A DNA stretch of 64,000 bases. It comes from a virus (Duplodnaviria > Heunggongvirae > Uroviricota > Caudoviricetes). A program made the translations under genes and the position numbers. Below are positions 39,149 to 49,120 of the stretch, piece by piece. Position 1 is the first letter of the stretch, and each line of letters starts with the position of its first letter. The notes under the pieces were generated by a model. That model searched no databases and had not been told where the DNA came from. It saw only the letters and a list, made by a program, of their open reading frames with translations. The stretch is taken from positions 64,001 to 128,000 of the IMG/VR virus record IMGVR_UViG_3300002834_000024. One strand, written 5' to 3'.

Positions 39149-41104
39149 TTATTTGACTTCTTCAAAATCACTTCCTTCTGTATCAGATGCAGTTGAATTA
39201 TCAGTTGGATTACCTTTATTAAAATTGCTAAAATCAAAACCATTAAACGGATTTGATGGATTACCACCAGTAAAAGGATTTGCTTGTGTATTATCACCAC
39301 TTGATTGAGAATACAATTTTGCTGAAATTGGTATCCATTTAGAATTTAATTCTTTTTCAAGAGAATCAACTTTTTCGTATTCACCAGTTTTAATAACATC
39401 TTTTAATTTATCAATTATCTCATTCAATGATTTTTTATCATCATCAGTAAGTTTATCACCATATTCTTCAATTTGTTTTTCTGTTTGAAAAACAATTGTA
39501 TCAGCCTTATTTAATTGATCAATTTTTTGACGTTTCTTTTCATCTTCAACTTTAAACTTTTCTGCATCTTTCTTTATTCGTTCAATTTCAGCATCGGATA
39601 ATCCAGATTTTTGCTCAATGGTAATTGTTTGTTCTTTACCAGTCCCCAAATCTTTTGCTGAAACGGTAAGAATACCACTAACATTTATATCAAATGCAAC
39701 TTCAATTTGTGGAACGCCACGTCTTGCTGGGGGAATACCATCAAGTTTGAATATTCCAATCTGTTTGTTGTCAGATGCAATTGGTCTTTCTCCTTGTAAT
39801 ACCCTAATTTCAACACCAGGTTGGTTATCAACAGCTGTTGAAAATACATTTGTTTTCCGAATAGGAATTGTAGTATTTGCATCAATCAAACGTGTCATTA
39901 CACCACCAAGTGTTTCAATGCCTAATGATAAAGGTGTAACATCAAGTAATAACATATCACTTTGATTATCACCCTTTATAATACTACCTTGAACGGCTGC
40001 TCCCAGCGATACACATTCATCAAGATTAGCAGTTTTTGATAATGAAACACCAATTTCTTTTTCTAATCTTTCTTGTATCAACGGAATACGAGATGAACCC
40101 CCAACTAATAAAATAGTATCCAAATCTTTCGGAGTAACATTAGATACTTCTAATGCTTTTTTAGCATATTCGATAATTTTATCTACATGAGTTGAAATTA
40201 ATTTATCAAATTGCGCTCTTGTAATAGTTTTGATTAGATGCACTGGTGTTCCTTTAGGTGCTGCAATATATGGTAAATTAATTTCTGAACTACTTGTTGT
40301 TGATAGTTCACATTTAGCCCTTTCAACGGCTTCCAGAACTCTCTGTTTCGCTTGAACATCTTGATTAATATCAACGTCCCACTCGTCTTTAAAGTCTTTT
40401 ATAAGCCATTCAGCAATGGTTAAATCGAAATCTGATCCACCCAAGAACATTTCACCATAAGATCCAAGAATTTCAATCATATTATCAGTAACTTCGGCAA
40501 CTGAAAAGTCTGTTGTACCAGAACCAATATCAGCAACCAACACTTTCTTTTCTTTTTGTAAATCCAAACCAGATGCTAATAGTGCAGCTGTCGGTTCTGA
40601 AATAACACGTAACACATTTTTAAATCCAGCCAATTCTGCTGCTACACGTGTAGCTTCACGTTGTTCATTGGTAAAATATGCAGGACATGTTACAACAATA
40701 TCTGTAACGTCTTCACCAAGAAAATCTTCTGCTGATTTTTTCAAATTTGCTAAAATATAAGAAGAAAGTTCTTCTGGAGAATATTTTTTACCTTCAATTA
40801 ATACACGTGGTTTGTTATCTTCATTGACAACCTCATAAGTAACATGCTTGATTGCCTTTTGACAATCAGGATCATCATATTTTAATCCCATGAAACGTTT
40901 AATAATATAAACAGTTTCTTTCGGATTAACAACTTGCTGTCTTTTAGCAGATGCCCCAATTTTTCTATCACCACCTTTAAGGGCAATAACTGATGGTGTT
41001 GTTCTTGCACCATCGGAATTTGTAATTATTTCACCTTCTTTTCCATTGTAATATGAAACTGCACTAAAACCAGTTCCCAAATCAACTCCAATTACTTTAC
41101 TCAT
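39149..41104 (-). CDS. dnaK: DnaK/Hsp70 chaperone
   Basis: GVDLGTG, NSDGARTTPSV, VTCPAYF, ISEPTAA, LVGGSSRIP, LLDVTPLSLGIET. Confidence 0.97.
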   Translation of the reverse strand: MSKVIGVDLGTGFSAVSYYNGKEGEIITNSDGARTTPSVIALKGGDRKIGASAKRQQVVNPKETVYIIKRFMGLKYDDPDCQKAIKHVTYEVVNEDNKPRVLIEGKKYSPEELSSYILANLKKSAEDFLGEDVTDIVVTCPAYFTNEQREATRVAAELAGFKNVLRVISEPTAALLASGLDLQKEKKVLVADIGSGTTDFSVAEVTDNMIEILGSYGEMFLGGSDFDLTIAEWLIKDFKDEWDVDINQDVQAKQRVLEAVERAKCELSTTSSSEINLPYIAAPKGTPVHLIKTITRAQFDKLISTHVDKIIEYAKKALEVSNVTPKDLDTILLVGGSSRIPLIQERLEKEIGVSLSKTANLDECVSLGAAVQGSIIKGDNQSDMLLLDVTPLSLGIETLGGVMTRLIDANTTIPIRKTNVFSTAVDNQPGVEIRVLQGERPIASDNKQIGIFKLDGIPPARRGVPQIEVAFDINVSGILTVSAKDLGTGKEQTITIEQKSGLSDAEIERIKKDAEKFKVEDEKKRQKIDQLNKADTIVFQTEKQIEEYGDKLTDDDKKSLNEIIDKLKDVIKTGEYEKVDSLEKELNSKWIPISAKLYSQSSGDNTQANPFTGGNPSNPFNGFDFSNFNKGNPTDNSTASDTEGSDFEEVK

Positions 41105-41124
41105 AGATATTAATGTTATTAAAA

Positions 41125-41589
41125 TTATTGAATTTCGATTTTAATTTCGATTGGTTCTTTAATTGCTTGCTTGTTAGCTGTTATTGTTAATATTCCGTTA
41201 TTATATTCTGATTTAAAACTTTTTAAATCCACTTCTGAAGGAATATTCCACGTTTCTTTAAATGATTCTTGTCTAAAAACACTATATGTTTCATCACCTT
41301 CTTTAACTTCTTCATTGTATGATACACATAGAGTACTATCTTCATTAAGAGTAACTTTTAAATTTTCTTTTTGAATACCAGGTAATAATAATTCAATTCC
41401 CCATTTGTTTTCACTATTTAAAATATTGAACTTTAATGCAGGAAAAAAATTATTTTTACAATTTTTGATTTCAAACAATTCTTCTAATTTTTTTCTATCA
41501 AAAAATAAAGATAATTTGTTTTTTAAATCTCTTAACTCTTTTTGTTCTTTTAGGTCTTCTACCAGACCTTTAATGTTTAATTCAGTCAT
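41125..41589 (-). CDS. Small heat-shock protein (Hsp20)
   Basis: ELLLPGIQKENLKV, FKETWNIP..VD...SEYNNGILTIT. Confidence 0.88.
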   Translation of the reverse strand: MTELNIKGLVEDLKEQKELRDLKNKLSLFFDRKKLEELFEIKNCKNNFFPALKFNILNSENKWGIELLLPGIQKENLKVTLNEDSTLCVSYNEEVKEGDETYSVFRQESFKETWNIPSEVDLKSFKSEYNNGILTITANKQAIKEPIEIKIEIQ

Positions 41590-41624
41590 TTTTTTTAATT
41601 AATATTATTTTTTATTATTCATTA

Positions 41625-41632
41625 CAAATATA
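41625..41632 (-). promoter_or_regulatory. Bacteroidota-type -7 element TATATTTG upstream of hsp20-dnaK
   Basis: Matches TAnnTTTG. Confidence 0.6.
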
Positions 41633-41659
41633 CACAATTTTTATACCAAACATAAAAAA

Positions 41660-41727
41660 TGACATTATGACTTAATCTTATTATCGAATATGACATAATA
41701 TCATTTTATGTGTATGCCAATTTGTCA
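41660..41727. promoter_or_regulatory. Three 13-bp TGACA-N3-TGTCA-like pseudo-palindromes (putative operator sites)
   Basis: TGACAttaTGACT (41660), TGACAtaaTATCA (41691), TGCCAattTGTCA (41715). Confidence 0.6.
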
Positions 41728-42276
41728 GTATCCCGTTTGTAGGGTATAAAAATTGATATTTCCGAAACCACATAAACTCCTATATGTTGTATCTTCTATA
41801 TCAAAATCAAACACATTAATTTCACCAGTGAAATCTTTTATTAAGGTCGCTAATCGGTTATATGTAGATTCTTGTATCTTTTCACCCCTAATAAATTTTC
41901 CATTCTCATCATAATGAGAACCATAATAACATTCATTAATTTCAAAATTAGGGTTTATTTTTAAAACTTCATCACGATAAACAACACAAACTTCACCGCC
42001 ATCAGCACAAAATTGACCAATAACTTCATCATTTGCATTATTTATATTTTCATTAGCGACATCTCTGGCATACCAACCCAATTCAGTTATATTTTTAATG
42101 TTTGGATTTCTTGTTTGAAATGTGGTACAAGACCAATCACCATAAAGTGTACCTTCTTTTATGTTATCAGTAAAGCCATGATTAGATAAATCATCTTCAT
42201 ACCCATCATACCATTTATCTTTACCATCTAAATAACATGGATCAGTAATTATAATACTTCTATTGTTTACTTTCAT
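41725..42276 (-). CDS. Hypothetical protein
   Basis: IIITDPCY...GDWSCTT...FCADGG; tightly packed. Confidence 0.65.
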   Translation of the reverse strand: MKVNNRSIIITDPCYLDGKDKWYDGYEDDLSNHGFTDNIKEGTLYGDWSCTTFQTRNPNIKNITELGWYARDVANENINNANDEVIGQFCADGGEVCVVYRDEVLKINPNFEINECYYGSHYDENGKFIRGEKIQESTYNRLATLIKDFTGEINVFDFDIEDTTYRSLCGFGNINFYTLQTGY

Positions 42277-42586
42277 TATTTTTATTTTCTAGATATTTAA
42301 TTAAACAAATCATAAATTTTATTGAAATAAATTGTGTAATTGTTGGATAATCAGTTTTTGCATTTAAAAGTAATGTATCATCTTTGACTGATATTGTTGC
42401 TATTCCAGGATGAAGTAATAAATCATTCGTAATATCACCAATGGAAATAAAATCTTCTCCTGTATTAGTTTCATATGTTTTAAATAATTTCAATATATCA
42501 TTATATAATGAATAATATAATGTATTATACTGTTCATTATAAAAATCATATAAAGTTTTTTCTTTAACAATATTATCCATTTCCAT
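42260..42586 (-). CDS. Hypothetical protein
   Basis: Tightly packed ORF. Confidence 0.5.
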   Translation of the reverse strand: MEMDNIVKEKTLYDFYNEQYNTLYYSLYNDILKLFKTYETNTGEDFISIGDITNDLLLHPGIATISVKDDTLLLNAKTDYPTITQFISIKFMICLIKYLENKNNESKQ

Positions 42587-42588
42587 TT

Positions 42589-43521
42589 CTACAATTTGTA
42601 TTTTAAATTTAATTTTTTAATAACCATGTCTATCATTTTTTTACATGATTTGTGCATATTATTGTCGGTTTCTACACATAAATTAACGACTTTAACTGTA
42701 TCAAGATCATCACCAGCTGAAAGTGTACTCATATCTGAACAGACAACATAATGTACATGTGTCATAATTTTATCTTTTTCTCTTTTGTATCGGTAATCAT
42801 CAACAACAAAAGAACCAATATATTTTATTGAATCTTTATTGAGAGATAAATTAGTTTCTTCTAATGTTTCATGATAACATGTATCTATTAAATTTTCATC
42901 TCTGAATGGATCAACAAATCCACCAGGAAAAAGATACTTGTCTCCATAAACTTTCTTAGTTCCAACAACAACTTCGCAATCAACAATGTATTCTGACAAT
43001 TTTTTGAATATGAGTATGTCAATTGTTTGATACATCGTTGGAAATTTTTGGTGTGCGCCATAAATCACACCATGACGATAATCTTTACTAAATCCAACAG
43101 AACTTCCATATTTTTCTCTTTCCTTTGTAGCATCTGAATAAGTTTTTGGTTGAAATTCAGTAACATTAAATTTTCCATGATAACATTTTTTGAAACTATC
43201 TCTTGAACCATACAATGTTATATTAGTTGTATAAGGGAAAGCCATTTCAATTATTTGATCCAATTGCTTGGACCAAATAATATCACATGGATTATCATGT
43301 AATGGCATATAGATGAATTGTGGGTGTGTTTCCCTCATCATTGCCACTCTTGCTGTATAATGTAATGGATTATTATGTGTACATGGAGTACCAGCAATAC
43401 CAAGAACGATTAAAATTTGATTATGTTTTTGTTTTTCAACAAATTCAATAAGTTCCTTATGTCCTGTTGTTAATTCAGCACATTGAAATCTACCAACAAT
43501 TACACCTACACTTTCATTCAT
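42589..43521 (-). CDS. nadM: Bifunctional NMN adenylyltransferase / ADP-ribose pyrophosphatase (NadM-Nudix); start re-assigned to ATG 43521
   Basis: VGVIVGRFQ...TTGH nucleotidyltransferase motif; FPGGFVD...ETLEETNL Nudix box; ATGA overlap with NAMPT. Confidence 0.9.
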   Translation of the reverse strand: MNESVGVIVGRFQCAELTTGHKELIEFVEKQKHNQILIVLGIAGTPCTHNNPLHYTARVAMMRETHPQFIYMPLHDNPCDIIWSKQLDQIIEMAFPYTTNITLYGSRDSFKKCYHGKFNVTEFQPKTYSDATKEREKYGSSVGFSKDYRHGVIYGAHQKFPTMYQTIDILIFKKLSEYIVDCEVVVGTKKVYGDKYLFPGGFVDPFRDENLIDTCYHETLEETNLSLNKDSIKYIGSFVVDDYRYKREKDKIMTHVHYVVCSDMSTLSAGDDLDTVKVVNLCVETDNNMHKSCKKMIDMVIKKLNLKYKL

Positions 43522-44948
43522 AATTTTGCATTTGAACAGATTTCGTCCCAAGAGTATTCTTTCAAAATTTCGCCATTCTTAAAGACTGGTGTGAGTAAAT
43601 CTTGGTTTTTATCTTTAATTATTTCTGGTACTGTCATAAATCTACCATTGGCATCTTGTATTAAGGATAAACGACCACTTTTCGATGCTTTTGTCGGATC
43701 TAATGGTTTTTTGTAAACATCATGCCATTGATTATCATAGCATTGAGCCGAACATTTGAAAGCATTTCGCTGGGTATCACGTGTACATGATGTATGTAAT
43801 CCGCCACCCATACCAAACACAATGTTTGATGCAGCATATCCATTATTTTTTAATGCGTGAAGAATATTTCTGATACCATCATATTGTATACCATCACCCC
43901 ACAACATACCTGTTTGTTGATTAAATATTCGATACCCCTTTGTGTTTAATGTAACACCAAATAATTCGGCAATTAATCCAGCCACATCAAGTGAAGTAGA
44001 TACTGGATCACCACTATCAGGTCTGAAAACAATTTTATTTGTTGGCGTTCTGTTTAACCATGTGGCTAATTCGGGTAATTTTGCGGTTTCTTTAATAAAT
44101 CTTCGATAATCATAACTATCAATTACAACAGACAAAATTCCATCAGGTGTTGTATTAAGAATGTGTCTTACAACATCAAATTCACCTTTTTCAAGTCTGG
44201 ATGTCATAATGCTATGTTCGGTGGCTAATACTGATTCGCCAGGACAATAATCTTTTGGAGCATTATAAAAATCTTCTGGAAACAATAATGATAAAATAGT
44301 ATCAGTACCCCGAAAATTAATAAGATGGGCAGCACCATTGATTTCAGCAGATTCTTCGGAGCTATCGCCCCGATAACCAAAATCATGTAACATGTATGGT
44401 AATCCATCAACACTATCAGAAGTAACTTCCAAATAATGTTTTATCAAAATTTTTATTTCACGACTTAATGTTGCAACAGCACTTGGCGACCAAATCTTCA
44501 TCAATAAACTTTCAACAAAATTTGTAAGCCATGGAACTTTTTGATCTGTAACTTCAACTGTTAATTGACAATTGGATACAGGAATAGGTAATCCTTCTGG
44601 TACACTTCGTATTAGTAATGGCAATTTTCCATAATGTTTATCTAAAATATATTGCCACCCATCAACATTAAATCTGCCAGGTCCTAAATGTTTTTCAGCT
44701 AATTTACTTGCCCTTTGAATATCCAATTGATTGAGAACTCTACCAGCAAGGTATTCTTTTAAATAATATTGCAACCCAAAAAATACGGTGTTATTAAATT
44801 TAGCACCATTTCGGCTTTCAAGATATGAATAAACATTTTGGGTATTTGGCAAATATTGCATCCAGTGTCCCCATTTATAACTGTCAGTGCGAAATATAAT
44901 ACTGGGTTTCCTTCGTCTTTCGTTATCGTAATTACTGTACATAGTCAA
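43518..44948 (-). CDS. nadV: Nicotinamide phosphoribosyltransferase (NAMPT)
   Basis: TDSYKWGH, LHDFGYRG, ATEHS, SVVIDSYD, FRPDSGDP, GDGI, FGMGGGL, RDTQRNAFKCS. Confidence 0.96.
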   Translation of the reverse strand: MTMYSNYDNERRRKPSIIFRTDSYKWGHWMQYLPNTQNVYSYLESRNGAKFNNTVFFGLQYYLKEYLAGRVLNQLDIQRASKLAEKHLGPGRFNVDGWQYILDKHYGKLPLLIRSVPEGLPIPVSNCQLTVEVTDQKVPWLTNFVESLLMKIWSPSAVATLSREIKILIKHYLEVTSDSVDGLPYMLHDFGYRGDSSEESAEINGAAHLINFRGTDTILSLLFPEDFYNAPKDYCPGESVLATEHSIMTSRLEKGEFDVVRHILNTTPDGILSVVIDSYDYRRFIKETAKLPELATWLNRTPTNKIVFRPDSGDPVSTSLDVAGLIAELFGVTLNTKGYRIFNQQTGMLWGDGIQYDGIRNILHALKNNGYAASNIVFGMGGGLHTSCTRDTQRNAFKCSAQCYDNQWHDVYKKPLDPTKASKSGRLSLIQDANGRFMTVPEIIKDKNQDLLTPVFKNGEILKEYSWDEICSNAKL

Positions 44949-45468
44949 CTAAATTTGTTTGTATATATTCCAATTCATCTTTAACAATATTTTCAAACCT
45001 TTCCTGTGCTAACATTGAATAAGATGTAGCAATCAAACTTCTGTGTGATTTCAATGCTCTTTTGATAGCAAAATTAACGCCAAAATTATAATCATATTTA
45101 TCATTTGGGTGGGTAATTGAATAACCAAGTTTTAAAACTGTATGTTTTTTTGGTGATTCAAACTCAAAGTATTTTTTATTTCTTATTGGGGGATTGATAC
45201 CTATTTTTTCAAGTACAATCATACTTGTTTTATAACGAATACCCACAACAATAATTTTGCGTTCTTTTTGATCATCCTGTGGATTATCAAAAGTAGCATT
45301 ACCTTCTGTGATGAAAATATCACCAACTAATCTTGATACTTCTATTTTATCAGAAACTTCAATTGTTTTATTTTTGTCATTAGGATCAACAACAAGTTTC
45401 TTATATGGTTCATTCCATTTCAAATAAACTTTATTACCCTCAATAACAATTTTCTTTCCTTTTGCCAT
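44932..45468 (-). CDS. Hypothetical protein, first gene of the NAD operon
   Basis: ATG ORF directly downstream of the conserved promoter. Confidence 0.65.
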   Translation of the reverse strand: MAKGKKIVIEGNKVYLKWNEPYKKLVVDPNDKNKTIEVSDKIEVSRLVGDIFITEGNATFDNPQDDQKERKIIVVGIRYKTSMIVLEKIGINPPIRNKKYFEFESPKKHTVLKLGYSITHPNDKYDYNFGVNFAIKRALKSHRSLIATSYSMLAQERFENIVKDELEYIQTNLVDYVQ

Positions 45469-45500
45469 AGATTTAAAAATTTAAAAATTAATATTCATGG

Positions 45501-45543
45501 CAAAAATATAACAAGTTTTTTAAAAAACCAAATACTGGATGTT
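45501..45543 (-). promoter_or_regulatory. Promoter: AACATCCAGT box, TTTG (-33), 20 nt, TATTTTTG (-7)
   Basis: Full Bacteroidota -33/-7 consensus plus the conserved upstream box. Confidence 0.82.
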
Positions 45544-45550
45544 AAAAAAT

Positions 45551-45575
45551 AAGGATCGCCTTTTGAACGATCCTT
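45551..45575 (-). terminator. Intrinsic terminator after phoH
   Basis: AAGGATCG / CGATCCTT stem, followed by attttt on the minus strand. Confidence 0.75.
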
Positions 45576-45621
45576 CAACTCCTTCAACACATGGTTGATG
45601 AGATATACATAAATATATGTA

Positions 45622-46407
45622 TTAATCCCAATGATTCAAAAATATTGAAATTAATGGATTTCTTACTATATCATCATTATGAAACTCACATACACCTATA
45701 TTATCCATATTCTTGAATTTCTTCATACAATATGTTAATCCACATTCCTCTTTTGATTTTTTAATTTTTTCATTATCTATCTGTTCTGTGTCCCCAAGAA
45801 AAATGTATTTGGAATTTTCACCAATCCTTGTTAATATAGTTTTCATTGCCGATTTTGAATATTGTTGTGCTTCATCAATAATTACAATTGAATTATCAAT
45901 ATTTACACCCCTTAAAAAAGCAATATGATTATATGCTATATAATTTGATTTAATAAGATTATCTAATATTTCTTTTTCATTTCGATTGTTATTTGATTTT
46001 TTTAATATTTTTTTAATTGTATACCAAATAGGTTCAAGGAATGGTTGAATTTTTTCTAAAAAAGTGCCTTTGAGAAATCCTATCTCTAATTCTGCTTGAA
46101 CTGTTTGGACTATAAACATTATGTTTGTATATGGAAGTTCAGAATTTTTTAATAATTCCAGTGCTGATGCAATTGTTACATACGATTTTCCACTCCCAGC
46201 TGAACCAGCACAAAACACAACTTCTTTTTCTTTAATTAAATTATATAACTCTTTTTGTTTTTGATTTTTACATTTTAAATCTACTTTGTAATTAAGAATT
46301 GAAGAATTTGAATACTCTGTTTTGTTGTAACCATTACTGTTTCCATTCATTTTTTCTGCAATAAGCATTTCATCTTCAATAGACAATCCGTTCTTTTTTC
46401 TAGCCAT
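45622..46407 (-). CDS. phoH: PhoH-family protein
   Basis: AGSAGSGKSY, LRGVNIDNSIVIIDEAQ, LTRIGENSKYIFLGDTEQID, DIVRNPLI. Confidence 0.93.
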   Translation of the reverse strand: MARKKNGLSIEDEMLIAEKMNGNSNGYNKTEYSNSSILNYKVDLKCKNQKQKELYNLIKEKEVVFCAGSAGSGKSYVTIASALELLKNSELPYTNIMFIVQTVQAELEIGFLKGTFLEKIQPFLEPIWYTIKKILKKSNNNRNEKEILDNLIKSNYIAYNHIAFLRGVNIDNSIVIIDEAQQYSKSAMKTILTRIGENSKYIFLGDTEQIDNEKIKKSKEECGLTYCMKKFKNMDNIGVCEFHNDDIVRNPLISIFLNHWD

Positions 46408-46576
46408 AAAATATATTTTATTATTATCTTATTTAAAAATAAAAAGTCACTGGATAACCTCTGTTATCATTCAATGACTTTTCATAATATATGTAAATGT
46501 TCTTTCTATTAGCATACATTTATAAATATTACAAAATATTTTTTACTATCATATTTATAGTAAATAACAATCTACA

Positions 46577-47101
46577 ATGATTTTTACTGAAAAGGAATTA
46601 CGACAATTAATTGAATTTCATGTTAGAGAAAAACTGGGAATAAATGAAGATCGTACTTTATTAAGATTACCCAATACTGGTGGTGAACAATACCCACCAA
46701 TGGATGATGCTAATATGCAGCCAACAGAAGATATGGAACAACCACCAATGGATGATGAAATGAGCGATGATGTTCAACCTGATAATATGCCACCAACAAT
46801 TGATGATCCTAATATTGCTGAATTGGTTGATTTATTACAGGCTAATCCAGATAGAGCAGAAGGTGTTCTTAAATATGCAAAAGGAATAATTGGTAATGAT
46901 AATGTACCATCACAAGATGTTAATCAGCAACAATCACAAGATAGTAATTTGCCAGAAAATAGAACATTTGATTTAGATGAAATGATAAGTGATATTATTA
47001 TGGGAAATAATCAAAAAACAAAACCAACAATAACAAGACCAATAGGAACAATGAACACAATGAAAGGAAAAATGTTCAGACCTATTATGGGGAATGGATA
47101 A
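46577..47101 (+). CDS. Low-complexity acidic/Pro-rich protein with a leader motif (candidate head protein)
   Basis: MIFTEKELRQLIE...GINE leader; late motif at 46551. Confidence 0.55.
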   Translation: MIFTEKELRQLIEFHVREKLGINEDRTLLRLPNTGGEQYPPMDDANMQPTEDMEQPPMDDEMSDDVQPDNMPPTIDDPNIAELVDLLQANPDRAEGVLKYAKGIIGNDNVPSQDVNQQQSQDSNLPENRTFDLDEMISDIIMGNNQKTKPTITRPIGTMNTMKGKMFRPIMGNG

Positions 47102-47142
47102 AAAAAAGCACAGTTACCAACAATAGGAAACTGTGCTTTTTT
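47102..47142. terminator. Bidirectional terminator
   Basis: aaaaaagcacagtt / aactgtgctttttt. Confidence 0.85.
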
Positions 47143-47158
47143 ATCGTAACTGACTCAT

Positions 47159-48040
47159 TTATAATTTAGCACCACATTGGAAACAAAATTTATCTGATTT
47201 TTTTACTTTAGCACCACATTGACAACAAAACATTTTTGATTTATTCAAATCATCATTGGTTAAATTTTTTTGACTAATCGGTAACAATTTGTATTCAACT
47301 GTTGTTGATGGAGAATATTCTTCATCAAAAGTTGTGTTCACAAATTTCTGTTTTGATTCATCCCCCATTTCAACTCTACCAGTTTCAATACTTTTTGAAC
47401 AATAGTTTAAAGATGGTGTTGAAGAAAAATCATCTAAACTATCAAGACAAACTTCACCACTGGCTGATGTGGTAGTTGAATAGTTAATATTAGCAGTAGT
47501 TATTGTACTACTTCCATTTATTCCGCCTAATGTACTGTTATGATAACAGGTTGCATAACGTGGGGTACTTGTTCCGACCCATATTGGACCAGCTGGATAA
47601 GTTGGAACATAAGGAACATAATAAGGTTCACGAACATAAATTGTTGATGTTTTTGTAACACAACATTGTTCCTTTTCATTATAAAATTCAATTTTTATAT
47701 TACCATTTTTTTGAATGGCTTTTTCAACCTCACTATTATTTCCAGAAACATCATATACATCAAATAATAATTTCTTATTATCTGAAAGATGACGATCTAA
47801 AAACATTCTTTCACCAGGTCGAATAATTAATAAATTGGAATTTGAAACACCATTGAAATAAAATTTGACACCAACTCTTTTTTGCGTTGGATTAAAAAGT
47901 TCAATTTCAAATTGGGTTTGATTTGGTAGATAAATGGTTTGTTCGCCATTCTTGTCATAGATTTTTTGTCTATTTTTGTTTACCGAGATAAACGCTTGCG
48001 GAGATAGACAACATGAACCGCCATTAGCAATTTTAGCCAT
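47159..48040 (-). CDS. Hypothetical protein with a C-terminal double zinc ribbon
   Basis: CCQCGAKVKKSDKFCFQCGAKL. Confidence 0.75.
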   Translation of the reverse strand: MAKIANGGSCCLSPQAFISVNKNRQKIYDKNGEQTIYLPNQTQFEIELFNPTQKRVGVKFYFNGVSNSNLLIIRPGERMFLDRHLSDNKKLLFDVYDVSGNNSEVEKAIQKNGNIKIEFYNEKEQCCVTKTSTIYVREPYYVPYVPTYPAGPIWVGTSTPRYATCYHNSTLGGINGSSTITTANINYSTTTSASGEVCLDSLDDFSSTPSLNYCSKSIETGRVEMGDESKQKFVNTTFDEEYSPSTTVEYKLLPISQKNLTNDDLNKSKMFCCQCGAKVKKSDKFCFQCGAKL

Positions 48041-48190
48041 AATTAAAAAATTTATTAAATATTATTAATTATCCTCACATTATTGTAACCCTATTTTACT
48101 AAAATTACTCAAGAGCCATATAGACTCAATGCGAAAATAGATTTTTTCAATATACTATAAATATACAGATATTATTTTTTATTTCAAGAA

Positions 48191-49120
48191 TTAATAGTCA
48201 TCCCCAGAGCCAACAATAATTGATTTTTTAAGTGGTAATTTTTTTCCATTTTCAGTCATCATTTGATATATTTCAATTGGAATATTTTTTTGTGTTCTAA
48301 TTTCTCTTTCATCCATTCCGCTACCATTTAATGCACAAGTTCTAACCCAATCTATATTATCAGGCGAAATTAACCCATAAACTATTATTGTTGTACCAGC
48401 ACCACCACTATGTGGAATTGCACCGCCTACTTCATAAGACCAACACATACCAATTCCATTGAATCTTCTATTTAATTCTTCATAAAAATCTTCATTTTCA
48501 TTTGCATTATATTGTGTTGATGTTAATGCAGGTATTGATATTGCTCTATATATGTAAACTAAATTTCGTTGATTAAGTTGATATGTTACATCAACCCTAT
48601 CTTGATAAAGTCCCCATAAAAAATCTTCCCATGCTTGTTCCCCGTCTTCTGTTAAATCATGTGTATCTTCTTCATAGTAATCTGGATAATCCTCTGGATT
48701 ATAATCCTCTAAAAACCAATCCATGTCGCTTTCCCACATTGGATGATTATCTTTTAATTCGATAAATCCATCATGTAGGGCATTTTCATATAATTTCTGC
48801 GCATTACCAGAACCGCTAAGTTCACCATATTTTCCAATATTTTCAAGATAATCTATAAAATGATCATAGTTTGCCTTTTTGCCATATTCTCCCTCAAATG
48901 GTATTCTTTTATCACCTCTCCATTCACCCATTAATCCTGGTGCGTGCATATTAACATGAGTTAATTTTTTCTTTTTAAATGGATCCTGTTTAGGTGGCTT
49001 CCATCCCATTCGTTTTGTTACATCTTTAACATTTATTTCATTTTGAGGATTTTCGGTTAAATATGCTTGAATGATAGTTGAAATGATGTTTTTTATCTCA
49101 TATTCTTTTAATATCAACAT
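48191..49120 (-). CDS. Putative ADP-ribosyltransferase-fold protein (R-S-ExE), paralog A
   Basis: YIYRAI, GMCWSY, DEREI; N-terminal leader ending YLTE. Confidence 0.58.
   Translation of the reverse strand: MLILKEYEIKNIISTIIQAYLTENPQNEINVKDVTKRMGWKPPKQDPFKKKKLTHVNMHAPGLMGEWRGDKRIPFEGEYGKKANYDHFIDYLENIGKYGELSGSGNAQKLYENALHDGFIELKDNHPMWESDMDWFLEDYNPEDYPDYYEEDTHDLTEDGEQAWEDFLWGLYQDRVDVTYQLNQRNLVYIYRAISIPALTSTQYNANENEDFYEELNRRFNGIGMCWSYEVGGAIPHSGGAGTTIIVYGLISPDNIDWVRTCALNGSGMDEREIRTQKNIPIEIYQMMTENGKKLPLKKSIIVGSGDDY

Noticed and set aside
19636-46407. Host chromosome or prophage boundary suggested by infA, dnaK, ABC transporter and nadV
   Set aside because: These genes are interleaved with phage helicase, sigma factors and late-gene islands, share one promoter grammar, and show no integrase or compositional break
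46449-46458. ATCCAGT partial box upstream of phoH
   Set aside because: Lacks AAC and the correctly spaced -7 element; it is part of a hairpin
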